Assembly (NCBI GenBank): GCA_000320545.1
Contig: ADNK01002731.1
Location: 2,126 to 66,125, forward strand
From: Bigelowiella natans CCMP2755
Taxonomy: Eukaryota > Protista > Cercozoa
Length of the DNA stretch: 64,000 bases
Direction of reading: 5' to 3'
Each line of letters begins with the position of its first letter. Within the stretch, counting starts at the first letter, position 1. Positions 1-12,860 of this stretch are shown one piece after another. Below the pieces are notes generated by a model. The model saw only the letters and a program-made list of their open reading frames with translations. It was not told the DNA's origin and ran no database searches. Position numbers and translations under genes: made by a program.

Positions 1-407
1 AAGGAAGATGAGGAAACGAATGCTTTCGGATCTCTGAGGAAACATGGTGTGTGAGAGCATGTAATAAGGAAGAGAAATGGCGTATTAGACGATTAACAGT
101 GCTCGTACCTGCAAAAGAATGTAGCACAACTTTCAATGCCATCGAGTCCTTGCCATCAACAGCTTCCTGCAGCATATCCGCTAAGGTCTATAAGTTATTT
201 ACAAATTTATCGGCGTCGTCGCAGTTGTCAGGAATTGATGAGTTGGGAGATATGAGAAGGAGCGAATGTGGGGAGGCGGGGTGCGTGCGCTGGAAGAACA
301 ACGGTGATGGAAAAGAGAGGGGGGGGGGGGATGGTTATCAAGGAAGTGGAAGGTAGGTGAGCAGGGGCTATGATACTTGCTAAAAAAGAATGGTGACTTC
401 CAGCGAT

Positions 408-441
<34 letters not shown>

Positions 442-954
442 CAACAACAACAACAACAACAAATTTATCACCCCGTAAGCGCGCACACAGTGCAGTGAAA
501 TCGGTCTCTTCATTTGTCGTGCAATGGCTTTGAATGAAGGATGAAGGAGAGGGAGGTGAAAGAAGAAGAATAAGAAACGGAGATGGCATGAGCAGCGACG
601 TACAAGAAAGCAAAAGCTGTGCTCGTGCACCCAATCCTCAATATTTTGACGGGAGGAGAAGCTATATCACAAGGAGCTTCCATCATCGGTTTATCAAGCC
701 TTAATCTTCTTCTTATTCTTTTCCCTCCCATACGAAATTCGGCGTCTCTGTTAGAACGACCCCTGTCTCCTGACTTCGCATAGTACCTATGTGTGTTTTT
801 AGCACTGCTTTCTGGATCTCCATTCCTGATGTGTATATGACGATAGGATGATGGGGCACAGAACCAGAACACGCTCGGAAAGGGCGGGGGATAGAGGAGG
901 GGGATGATAGCGCGCGCGCACACGAGGCTTATATTAGATGCAATATGTATGTGA

Positions 955-994
<40 letters not shown>

Positions 995-1463
995 TCCTCC
1001 TTGGCCGTTATTCCAAAATAAATGAGAGAAAAAGCAATAAATCGAATCGAAATAAATCCATGCACATCGCGCATCTAAGGACTTTTGAAGGATAAAAGCA
1101 GCACACAACTATCTGTTCATCTCTCTTCTTTCCCGGGTTCTGACCGGCATGCCCAGGATACTTCTTCGCAAAGGCTTTATCTAGTCCGCACTCGCCTGAA
1201 ACGTTTGAACGAAGGAGGAGACATAAAAGCATTAGGACGGCGGCAGCAAAGGTGCATTTGTGTTTCTTTACGCTTTCATCAAGTCAGTGTTGTTGTTATT
1301 GTTGTTGTTGTTGTTGTGTTGTTCTGCCTCCTCCTCCTCCTCCTCCTCCTCCTCCTTCTTCTCCCATGTTTCTATCTCTGTTTGCACGATTACTACCAAC
1401 GCCCGAGCCGGGTGTCGTCTCCAAGTAGTCAATCAGCTTCCTGAGTTTATCATCATCATCATT

Positions 1464-1495
<32 letters not shown>

Positions 1496-1937
1496 TATAG
1501 CATCAGGCTTTGAAACACAATCGCAAACTCTTCAATAATCTAGCTCAATTCACATTCTCTCCTCCCTTCCCCCTCCTCGTCGTTTTCCTTGCTAACTATG
1601 CTGTCGCCTTACTCTGCCCAATCCGGGTGCGATTCAATATCCTTGAGCCACCTGCATCATCATCATCATCATCATGAAGTCGTTGTTTGATATGTCACTA
1701 TTATATGATGACGAGAAATCAAAAACGACAACTAAAGGCCCACCAAAACTATCTATCACAACACTACTACTACAACAACAGCAACAACAACAACAACAAC
1801 TACTATTACTACTACTTACTGCTGCTGCTACTACTACCATGGATGCAGGCCAAACTGTGGAACGACAAAATCAGGAAATCTTTCATGCAATTCTTTAACG
1901 CGGCCCCAATCCAAAGGAGTACCTGCCCGGGTGGTAG

Positions 1938-1969
<32 letters not shown>

Positions 1970-2449
1970 TCATCGTGAATAATAGCAGCAAGATCACCAG
2001 CAGTAGTAGTACTATCATGAGAAAGTCTCCAGAAAGCAAACTGAGCAACAAAATCCAAGACAATGCTCCGATGATTGATTTCCTTCCACGATATGTGCAA
2101 AAAATTATTTATATTCTTACTATATACTATAAGCTACTATACATCCGCAAACGGCGGCTCTTTCGACGCCTCTATTCTGTGCGTCTCGTATCACGTCCCC
2201 CACGTTGCAGTATATTCTAACAATAGCAGCAGCGCAGTTAGAATAACGTGCCGTGCAATCACCGCTGAAATGATGTGAAGTGATATGGAAGGAGGGTGGG
2301 GAGGGGGGGGGGAGGGGAGTATTATGAGCATGCCGTCTACTCTTGTTTTACCTATCTAGTTGAAGATGACAATGAGAATCGAAGAAGCTCTTGGCTGCTG
2401 ATGAGAAAGTACATTTTACTATGTTAATGTATACACACACACACACACG

Positions 2450-2488
<39 letters not shown>

Positions 2489-2638
2489 GTGATGATAATT
2501 TTCAAATGATTCGGCTTGCGTATGGAAGGGGGTCAAATAGATAACTAAACCACATCGTTGTAGAAACTACTATTAAAAACAAAAAGCAGTCGGAAGTTCT
2601 ACCTGCTACTTCAGCTCTAGTAGCTGTCGGCGATAACA

Positions 2639-2672
<34 letters not shown>

Positions 2673-2738
2673 GGCCGCCAATCCACCGTGCCTCAACGAT
2701 GAACGACAACGGCGAAAGAGCCACCTGGCTGGAAGCAT
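1..2738 (-). CDS. tatD: TatD-family deoxyribonuclease, multi-exon, 3' end runs off the window
   Basis: Exons joined at GT-AG give the TatD motifs in order: FFDSHCHLQ (~2350-2400), DVIRDAQNRGVERAAVCG, VVPQFGLHPW (~1835), GVGECGLDK (1390/1190), GMEIQKAVLKTHI, RPISLHCVRAYG (~480-530), VVLHSFAG (~110). Start proposed at ATG 2738, with an Arg/Ser-rich presequence-like N-terminus. Confidence 0.88.
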
Positions 2739-2872
2739 CTGCGAAGAAATTGAGAGATCATATCATTTACGAGAGGCTTTGATAGAATGCTAATTATGAT
2801 GACAGTGAGTAGGAGTAAGAGGAAGAGGAGGAGGAGGAGGAGGAGGAGGAGGAGGAGGAGACACGATGATCA

Positions 2873-4336
2873 TGAATGCAATCGATAAACGTTTTTTTTC
2901 GCGGCTGTCATATCTATCTGAAATCCACATTGCCTTGTCATCTGCACGTACTCGGCAAACGGATAGAGCAAGGGATAAAATACCGCAGCTCATGGAGGAG
3001 CATGAAGATGATGGTGTCAAGGAACTAACGAGTACATGTGTATGTCCTACCTGATAAGTCGCAGAGAACAGAGAGGGGGGCACACATCCTCCTCCTCCTC
3101 CACGGCGAGGACTATTGATTCTCGCACTGTTCTGCTTCCCTCTTGCCTGTGCATGTAAATTCTTCTGTCCTCCGCTACTGCTGGCATCACTATTGCTATA
3201 GCTATCACCATCTTCCTCACCCTTACCTTCATCACTCTGAGGCTTTTCCTCGCCCCCCCCTTCCCCTTCTGCCATCTTTCCGGCATGTTCCTCCTCGAGG
3301 GGTCGTTGCTGTTGTTTAAGGGCGTCTTGTCCTCGTGAAGCGAGTATTTGGCTTGCGACTGCAGCAGCAGTGAATCCGAACGCTCCTAAATGAAGGTTCC
3401 ATCTTCCACTCAATTCTCTCTCTGTGTGTCTCTCCCTCTCTCTCTCTTTCTCACCGCAAAAGCCTATAAATCATCATAAACTCATCGCACTACGTCCACA
3501 GTACTGCAGAGCCCAAAGATAGGAAAGTTGTGCAGGGGAGATATACGACGGGGGGGAGGGGGAGGGGGGGGGGGGGTTCAGGGTCTCGGGTCTTCGCTTA
3601 AGTTAGAAAAAGGAATGTTTACGGATGTGGATAATGACCAGTGACGTGTGTGGCGGTGCCGTATCCGGATGCACAGTCCAAGCGCAGACCCTTGTTATTT
3701 TCTAAGAGCGGGGGTGGGGGGGGGGATTGGCATCTCAGTAATGATCGTTGATGGAAAGATTGGAATGTATAGTCTTAGCCGTGGTCATCATCGATATAAC
3801 TAGCATATGCAGCATATATCAAATCGGTAAGGATGTAGAATAGCAGCACGGAAAGCAATTGTATTCACGATGTGAAGGCACAGTCGTACCATTGCTCTTA
3901 GCCATGGGGTGATATCCTTTTTCTTTGGTGTAAATGCAAGGTATTCCCCATTCTGCAGCTCCTTGTTTCCTGCTGCCACGCCGCTTCTCTCTTCCTTCCA
4001 CCCTCCCCCCCTCCTCTCGAAATTCCTTCGGGTATAATGTTTTCAGCTGTCGCTTCACGGCCTTTAAGAGCTGCAACGACGGCGAAAAGGGATGAAATTC
4101 AAAATATGTTTTAATTGAGTGTTTCGCCAATAAAATCTTCTTCGTAGCCTCCTCCCCATCAACGTTATCATAATCATCATCATCATCGTCGTCATCATCA
4201 TCACAATCGTCGTTATCGGCTCGTCATCATTATCATTATCATTGCTGTACCGACCGGATCATGGGTCACAGATGCAAGATCGCTGGTGCTTATTTGCGTG
4301 GGATCTGTGCGACCTGGCGAATTGATGATGACGACG

Positions 4337-4368
<32 letters not shown>

Positions 4369-6119
4369 GATGGAGATGATGATGATGGTGATGCAAATTA
4401 TGACTATGATGAGAATGACACCATTCTGTCTGAAATGGGAAGAAACGTCTACAAATAATGCGGAGAATGATCGTTTTTATTGCTTAATGTGACTATCCTG
4501 ACCCCCTGCTCCGCCGACGGTAATCGTTGGTATTTGGCCTGAAGACAGGGGGGCTCAATATCAACAAAACGATAGCGACATCTGGAGTTATAAGAGCTCT
4601 TAAACAATATGTATATATAATGACAGACACAGTCGAAGCATTGTAAATCGCCTTACGTATGCGTGCGTGATAGAGGAGATCCGCCTTGTGAGGTACGCTG
4701 TCAATCGCGTCAACCAGCAATGAAATCCTACACAACAACAACAGCAGCAGCAGCAACAACAACAACAACAACAAGAAGAAGAAGAAGAAGAAGAAGAAGA
4801 AGAAGCAAGCAAAAGTGTCTCTGGGCGCTGCGTGTTAAGAACGAATTCGCGGCACTGTTGTTTTGTCGGCAATCACATCATTATCAGCCACCACCGTTTG
4901 GGATGGTGAATGGGCCCAAGAAGGCTTTCCGCAGTCATATTCGTGAAGAACTCACTGACGGCGTGGATCTGAACGATTGGGGAAAGGAGGCGGGGGAGGG
5001 GGAGAGGCGGGCAGAAAGATATCAATTCCGCTTTGTACGCAGTCAGTAAGCTCGTGATTAGTATTACGCAGATAGAGGGATTTATCTCCTTAGCGCGGGC
5101 AGCCAAGACATCCACCTTTTGTCTATGCGGGAAATTTCCAAATAAGTACAGGCTCACCAAACGTAAAGATAAAGAATATACAATATATACAACATATTAT
5201 ATGGAAAATAGTTTCTGGAGAAAGTTCTTCCATTAATACGGTGTTAGAGTAAGAGAGCGTTGGTATATTTTTAGAGATATGCGGCTTAGTACTTGCCCAC
5301 AGTCGATTGAAGCGCGTGGAGCTGACGGTTGACATTGCTCACGCAAATGTCGTCTAAATCAATCAGCGTTAAGGTCCCCACCTTTATTGTCAAGCATAGT
5401 ACGTATTTATGGCGATATGCTCAAGCTGCAACTAAATGGGTTAAAGCAATAAACCCCTGTCCTAGCAAGTGCCTCGACTGTCCAAGATCCAACTCCACCA
5501 ACACCGACAACACACACGTGCGAGCTCTTTAAAGCTCCGAGGGCGTCGGGACCGTACAGACTACAATGCAAGCAAGAAGGAATGAATCAAAAGAGGAAAT
5601 GGTGTATTCGCTCCAATTTCGAGGCACATGATGGTTTCCCACCGTTCAATCCCTCCAAACCGTAGCTTGTACCACTCGTCCTCCTCCCCTTCCTCCTCCT
5701 CCTCAGCCCCTCCCTCCTCCCGACCCTCGTCTTCTAAGTTCTTTGCTGCCGTTGAGGCTCTAAATAAGGAGCCCCGCAACAAAGGAGTAGCGGTACAGCT
5801 TTTCCGCACGAAACTCCAGCGATGCAAGCACTGTCTATCCCCAACTGCTGCTACTGCTACTACACCAGGTACAGCAAGTTGGGCAGCAGCTGCTCTTGAG
5901 ACAAGGATGGTCTTCAAAGCAGCAGATACTCCTATCCGAGGGGCACAACGCCTCCGTTCCGTTTCTAAACCGCCACGGCTTCTGGCAGGCAACATGACAA
6001 ATAGGGATCGAGGCACAGCAGCCCAGTGGTTCAGGATGAGCAGAGGAAGGAACACGGCAAGCGCGGAGGAAGGGGAGGGGCATCGGTGGGGGGCCATGTT
6101 GCCCTTGTGCACACCCATT
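2873..6119 (-). CDS. tcdA: tRNA threonylcarbamoyladenosine dehydratase (ThiF/E1-like), multi-exon, long N-terminal leader
   Basis: Spliced exons read LRFGGIER-LYGPDALGALKSSHVCVVGVGGVGSWTVEALARTG-VGTLTLIDLDDICVSNVNRQLHALQSTVG-QKVDVLAARAKEINP, then VDAIDSVPHK, ITVGGAGG, DPTQISTSDLASVTHDPLL and LDCASGYGTATHVTGAFGF. These are TcdA/CsdL hallmarks. Start (6119 or 6097) and last exon are approximate. Confidence 0.9.
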
Positions 6120-6225
6120 CCGATCAGAAGAATCGAAATGACATGACCAACCAAAATTGTACTGCGACACAAAACCAATACATTTTTAACCTGCGACAAC
6201 AGCTAATAATTTGTTTTTGATTCTA

Positions 6226-7171
6226 ATTCACACAGACAGGTTTGGCAGACACGGCTCATTGAGTCAATCGAGGCCACAGGTGGACCAAATCCCCACAATC
6301 CAGAATTCAAGCTTGAAAAACGATCGCCGTGCGTTGACCGTCGTTCGTTCGCGCCACACGCGGGTTGAAAATGCTGCGGGTTCACTTGGGCGACTGGCAT
6401 GGCATGCTGGAGTGCTTGTGTGATGCACTGTGTCCGTGCAATGCTGCAACATTGCTTGTGCTGCACTTGGCATCACAACGTTGCACGCAGCAGCACAGTG
6501 CGATTCCACGCACCGCAGTGCAAAGCTACGTGCATGTGACACACGCACACCAGCACAGCACGCTACTAGCTCTGGAGCTGGCTGACGTTGCATCGCCACG
6601 TGAATGACTGGTGAACTGCTAGACCTGCTAGCCTGCTCCAGCAGTGCTGCGATGCAATTGCTGGCCCCACCAGTTCTGGAGTTTGTGAAGCAAGTGCGTG
6701 CAGTGTGCGTGTGTGTGGGTGGGTGGTTGGGTGTGTGCAAACGTGCACGTGCGATTGTGCACCTGCCAGCCGCCTGGTGCACGTGTGTGGAGTGAACGAA
6801 GTGGCACAATCATGACTGCATGCTGGCATGCCACGCGCACGTCTGGACATGCGGTGCGCGTGCAGTCAATCACGCGTGCTAGGTGCGTGCACAGCAGTGC
6901 TCCATCAAACCTGTGGCAGCTGCGATGCGGTTGAAATTTTGATTTGTTGGAAGGTTTGTGCCAGTCTAGCAGTCTAGCAGTGCGTGCTGTCGATCTAGCT
7001 GTGCGCGCGCCGCTGCAATGCTTGAGAAGTTTTTGCGTGCGGCGCGCATGCACAGACTTCACAATGACATGCAGCTGATGCGCGTGCACGCCCTCATGAG
7101 CTTTCAAAATTGTGCGAGAGCAACAAGTGCAAGCGCTCAAACTTGTTCAGATCGAACTTGACTGAATTTTT
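6226..7171. other. TpA-depleted intergenic tract
   Basis: Manual count: 9 TpA in ~945 bp (7 CTAG, 2 CTAC). Rich in TGCA/CACG/GTGC; CpG is retained. Confidence 0.9.
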
Positions 7172-7248
7172 TATTTTCATCCTGCGTGGAGACAATCTTG
7201 AAATTGAAAATCAAGAGATGCACAAAGCATGCCCTTCATTCCATTGAC

Positions 7249-8269
7249 TCATTTGGCCTTTGCAAGCGCATCCAACACTTCTTTCTTCACTCCGTAGCCC
7301 TCGCGAAGGAAAGGTAGTTTGTCGTATCCCTTGACACCATCAAGGGCCCCGACTAGCTCAACGACCTTCAAGACCTTTTTAAACGAAGAAGTGTAATCCT
7401 CGCCGGTGATCTTGGATACTGGTGCGAACATGCCAACTTCACTCTGAGTAACAACAGTAAATTAGATGCAGAATACCCCAATTTACACCCCCCAAGTTCT
7501 AGCCCCTTTCCAACTGACCATTTTGTAGGCGTTGTAAAGGAAGAAATCCACAGAAGACACGTCCTATTGAAGTTAACACAAGGATTTTTAGGAGCTGCAA
7601 CCTAAGCTACAAAGTAACATTCATACCGATCCAAAGTAGTAAGGACCCTTGATGGCCGCTTCGACGTTAGTCATCCACTTCTTATTACGGTCTGCAATGT
7701 GGCAAATTAGACCATATGTCCATACACATGGGGCACGAAAGCAGCATAACTCACCGCTTAAAAACTTCTTGACATCTTCCGCAGGCTTAGACATATGATT
7801 GAATACATCCGTGGCCCAATCAGCAACATCAAGAGTGTGTTTCAATGCCTAAGCAAATTGCATATTCCAATCTCATACTTTCTGCATACAAATTAACTAG
7901 CAATATGTCTTATCGAAGAAATCAAGATCTCGCGAACCTTAAAACGGTCGTTGCCCTCAAACTTGTCGATTCCAAGCTTATTTCCTACAAAGAGGCTTAC
8001 GGCTGCAGATTGGCTCACCACGACATCGCCCCAGGCGAGGATTGGCGGTGCAAAAGTGTCCTTTCCTTGTGCACCAAACGCTGTGCCGATAGAAGCAATA
8101 TCTTTGAATTCCGACTTCATCTGGAGAAATATAACGTAAGAATACAGTTTTCACAATTTTTTTTCCTTTCAACCTCATAGGCTTGCTTCTTGTGTTCCAG
8201 CATTAGGACAGAAGCTCCCGCTCTCCCCAGCATGGGCCAGTAATACATGGTAACTTTCTCTTCCGCCAT
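7249..8269 (-). CDS. Glutathione S-transferase, ~6 exons with short introns
   Basis: MAEEKVTMYYWPMLGRAG (GST N-terminus), TFAPPIL...VVSQSAAVSLFVG (cis-Pro and SQS motifs), GPYYFG..VSSVDFFL (N-capping/hydrophobic staple). Stop at 7249. Confidence 0.88.
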
Positions 8270-8658
8270 TGTGACTTTGTAGTATGAGCAGGCCTGTAGT
8301 GTTGATAAATAAAAAAAAATCTTCAAAAAAAATCTTTGAGAACGGCATCCTTAACTGCAAAAAAAGACGGGATTTCTCTATCGCGACAATCAAATTAGAA
8401 CACATTTTCTAGTTTTTAAAGTTAATTTTCGAAATATCTCCCATATTATTTATTGTACTCGTTGCATGCGAGAATCAATTCTAGGAATTCTGGAATTTAC
8501 CTTGAACACCTTTCCAGACAAATCACCGCAGTTTTTTTAAAAAACCTCATAAAAACTTCAAAAAAATCTCCCGCACGTTGTCTTACCATATAAATCGCTT
8601 TGTTTTTTCCCATGCACAAAGGGATATTCGTCAAGGGAAAAAAAAAACGAGAATCCCA

Positions 8659-9763
8659 ATGGTGCTCTATGGTCTCGTCCACTTCGCTCGCTCTGCCTCT
8701 CGCATTCCTCGTGCTGCCCCCCTTCGACACCTCCAATCAAAGTTAAGCCGAAACTTTAGCCAATCGTTTGACGGGGAAGCAGCGACTCTTTTCCAGAGTT
8801 TCTTTCAGAACGGCGCCCCTGCATGGGCTGAAACGGTCTCTGCCGTCCGACGGGTTAATGCAAGTCCTTCCACAATCATCGACATTGCTTCTGGGCCCGG
8901 GGAACCTGCATGTAGCCTATCGGAAGCATTTCCTACATCTAGTGTAATATGTAGTGATTCATCCCCTGACATGGTCGAAATGGCCCGGACCCGCAGTGAG
9001 CAGCTCGGAAAGAGCAACATGACATTTTCAGTTGACAACATGAATGACCTTTCCACTTATGGAGACGGGACGAAGGACATTGTAACAGCTCAATTTGGTT
9101 TGATGTTCTCCCCTGATCTCTCTATCGCCCTATCGGAGATTCATCGTGTCTTGAAGCCAGAGGGGCACCTGGTTGCAACCGTTTGGCAAGAATTCGACCT
9201 TTTTCCTTTAATAAAGGAAACTATGACTGAGATACTCGGAAAGCCTCCGCCTGCTCCCCCAATCAATCCTATGTCGCTTGCAGACCCTGATCCACTTGAT
9301 GCAGCGCTAGCTGCTGCTGGATTTGAGATTGCAGAGGGGCATCGTGAGGTTAAAGATATCACATTTAATATGGGTCCAAGTAATGAAACACTCACGAAAC
9401 AATAACGGAAAATTCACGATTTTTTCACACACACTTATTTTAGATGCCACATGTAGTCAGCTCCTGCCAAAAAAAGTAAAAATACTTTTAAGAAGCGAAT
9501 CGCTTCCCCGCCTCGCCACAAAATGTTTTATGCCGGCTTTGGGTTAATATATAGGCACTGACGAGAAGGCGTATAAGGCTTGCCTCATTCCGGTGCTGCC
9601 AAAACTCAAGGAAATGCAAGAAGAGTCAGAAGAAAATAAAGACTTCATCGCAAAAGCGTTAGGAATTCTCAAAATTGTTGCAGCTAAGCAAATCAGTAAG
9701 CAAGGGGACCTACAGTTGAGCGGAGTTTATCGATATGTTGTAGTCAAAAAGCCTGGAAACTAA
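8659..9763 (+). CDS. Class I SAM-dependent methyltransferase (UbiE/Methyltransf_11-like), 2 exons
   Basis: IIDIASGPG (motif I), DSSPDMVEMA, DIVTAQFGLMF, LSEIHRVLKPEG. One intron at ~9374-9555, then an exon ending KKPGN*. The N-terminus resembles a mitochondrial presequence. Confidence 0.88.
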
Positions 9764-9817
9764 GCTCGGAGATAATATTCTAAAGACACGTGTATGTGAT
9801 GCAAATTTATCTATGAC

Positions 9818-9877
<60 letters not shown>

Positions 9878-9993
9878 CGTGTGTGTATTATTTCTGTTGT
9901 AAATTTGTGAACGTTATGCATCGAAATAAATACACAGTGATTCCCCAGATGGCTTACTATACAATAGTCTAGGTACCCACAACTATAGACACA

Positions 9994-10040
<47 letters not shown>

Positions 10041-10487
10041 TATTGTCACATATACTTGCATTGCCTGCTACGGATACGATACGCTTTGCAGCTGGCGGGC
10101 CATATTTTTGGATACTATCTGGCAATAGCAGCAGCATGCATTGCTATTTGCTCTTAGACCACATTAACAAGTGCCAACGAGTAATTACTACGTACTGAAG
10201 CTTCACAAAGAAGCTCATTATCTATCTACTCATTCTACCATACATGTAGTCAATCGAGCGCGAAAATGCAACTAATTTAGCTGTGTGACGACTACATTCG
10301 TTATCTATAGTGTATATGTGACACGCAAGGTATCGCACCTTCCTATATAAGGGCCTACATGTAGCATAACAACGGCGCTTGCAATAGAATGAAAAGACAC
10401 TGATCACCAAGACACTACGCAATATCCATAAGTGCTCTAGTGCATCCCAGGTTTATAATTTGGAAATTTTAGAACGATCTTGGCATT

Positions 10488-10932
10488 TTAAGGCCCACCC
10501 AATGCAACTTCTTTGCTCTTCGATATCATAGTACGACTCGTCTCTTTTCTATCATCATCATCATCATCATCGTCATTGAATTCTCCCATTTTATACCCCT
10601 TGACCACTGCGGTTCCTGGCCATATCACAATCAAATTGCAGCGATCAACATCGGAAAGTAGTCTTTTCGCACGGCTCCAAACATGCATGCATGCATTCAC
10701 CAATCTGAATTGCTAATATATTATAGCATCAGTAATTGTCTGGGCGCCGTTCTGATTTTATTATCAATACCCCACGAGCAATCTGTATCCCCTGTGAGCT
10801 CATCTATCTTCGTCCCTCGTGAAAGAGGCACCTCCTTAATCGCAAATAGTATCGAACCCGGCCTGAGCAAAACAATGATGAAGGAAGAAAAATACTAGCC
10901 TGTTTATGAGTCAAAGAGTATGTTTGTATCAT

Positions 10933-10975
<43 letters not shown>

Positions 10976-12001
10976 AATTTAGTGTCCGGGAGTGTGGAGC
11001 GTTCTGTTGTTTGGACGTTCTTTTTTGTTCACACACCGTAGTTGGCGGTCGCAGACTTCTCCAAATTTTTTGTTGAAGGCTTCATTTGCCAAGAGGTTGC
11101 TGACGTACACGATGTCGCAACTTGAGATATCAGCCTTCAACCCGTCCTACAGATGACATTATTACACACGCTCATATACATTTGTAATTCATATTTAGGT
11201 CTTCTGGTGCGGCAGGATGGAGGAGGGGGGGGGAGGAGGAGGGGATACTACATTTTTTTTTTAAAGGCAAATCATAATACTTGCATGGAGTTCCACGCTC
11301 AATCACCATCTTGCTTACCTCACAGCGTAGCTCTATTTTTGAGGCCGCCTCCTTTTTGCACATCCTAGTAATGATAGACATTGCAAGCTCATTAGCATCC
11401 GGAGAGATCAACATCGTCGCTGAGGCATTTCCCAGTTGTGAGAGCAAGCAGTTGGCAACCAAACAATGAATCGATACGTCTCTCATTACGACTACAACAC
11501 TGCGTCCCCTTTTTTGTGCGTACGATGCTCGTGTCTTTCTACTCGGGGTTTTTGATTGATTTCAGGGCCTTCTCGTGCCTAAACTTGGACAGTTCAATCC
11601 CAAGACACCCTTTCAGTTCCGGATACTGCACGTAAGGTCCAGGATGAAGGTAATAATACACACATAGCTCAGAGGGAGTCTTGAAGAGTAAGCCAGTGTT
11701 TACCGGTGTCGGTCATACTCAAATGACGAAGATCTCATATTACTAAAAAATGCAGCTAAGAGGAGGAAACATGGGCGAAACAGACGGGAAGGTTCGCATG
11801 CCTTCTCATCCTCACTACAAACCAAATAACTCACCAAGTAACACCTCGATTTACCTGTTCTGCTGCAACCATAATGGCCTCTCCATTCCCAGAGCCAACA
11901 TCACAGAATATTTTGTCCTTAAGACCAATAGCCTAGCGTAGCAACATCGCAGGTAACGTTAACTGCAGGCTCAAGTAAGAGGGCAGGACTGTAATGCGCG
12001 C

Positions 12002-12038
<37 letters not shown>

Positions 12039-12575
12039 GCAGTGCAGATTGGCCGCAAGCCTCATCATTATATGTATCAAATGCGAGAGTCAAGCTACGC
12101 TGCCTCGGCCGATGATGATACCATACAAATGAAAGAATGGGAAAAGTTGATTCTCGAAGGCTTTAAATACTTTCTTTGCTCGATCCAGCAGTGCACAAAC
12201 CTAGGAGCAGCATTACACGTTAAGAATAATATTCGTACGGCTCGCATGCGTTGTCCCACCACGTCGATGATTACAGTTAAAGCCATTCAAAGACATACCC
12301 CTTCAAATTCAAGGATTCCATAAACGTTGGACCTAATCACAGTGGAATGATATTATGCAAGATCACGTCTTAACCTGACAATGCGTACCCGCCTGACTCT
12401 TCGAATAATTTCTTCTCATTTTCCATGGCTTCTTCTTCTTCATTTGCTTCATCCTGCATCCTCATTGTCTCCAGATCGAACAAGGAGTCGTCCGATTCAT
12501 CATCCGCACTCTAAATACAGGGAAATGAAATATGTAAACACGATGGAGGGAGGGGGAGAGAGGAACGCAGACCAT
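10488..12575 (-). CDS. DOT1-like class I methyltransferase, multi-exon
   Basis: Exons encode NVYGILEFEG, KIFCDVGSGNGEAIMVAA, GCLGIELSKFRHEKA, ADISSCDIVYVSNLL, QLRPGSILFA and DCSW, the motif order of DOT1-type folds. Substrate is not established; start is tentative. Confidence 0.7.
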
Positions 12576-12860
12576 GCTGAACGAGAGGGTCTTAGAGCAT
12601 TGGTTCTGTTTTAGAGGATAGATCACTCTGACAAAATTTTGTGCTCATTACATCTGTAATTGAAATGGGCATGAAAACAGAAAAATTGAGCCTCGAATTT
12701 CTAATTTTCTACCATGCAGACACGTTCTGAACAAAAATGCGCCTAGTCTACCACCTTTTCTTGACTTTCAAATTTTGGTTCGTTCAAAAGTCTTGAAGTT
12801 GTGCCCCAAATTTCTGAACTTTCGCAATGTCTTATTACATTTTGGAAATGTAGTTCTTTA

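Noticed and set aside
2790-3413. ORF as an independent gene
   Set aside because: It is the penultimate exon of tcdA (…HVT|GAFGFTAAA…).
6203-7140. Many overlapping Cys/His/Ala-rich ORFs on both strands
   Set aside because: Loss of TpA removes TAA and most TAG stops and all Tyr codons, which inflates ORF length. No protein motifs.
6226-7171. CpG-methylation decay or classical RIP as the cause of TG/CA richness
   Set aside because: CpG remains abundant (e.g. GCGCGCGC) and TpA is lost; RIP would increase TpA.
1-12575. TatD + ThiF + methyltransferases as a prokaryote-like defence operon
   Set aside because: These are separately spliced eukaryotic genes with different predicted targeting, and the ThiF protein is a clear TcdA. 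Adjacency alone is not evidence of a system or of a link to the TpA tracts.
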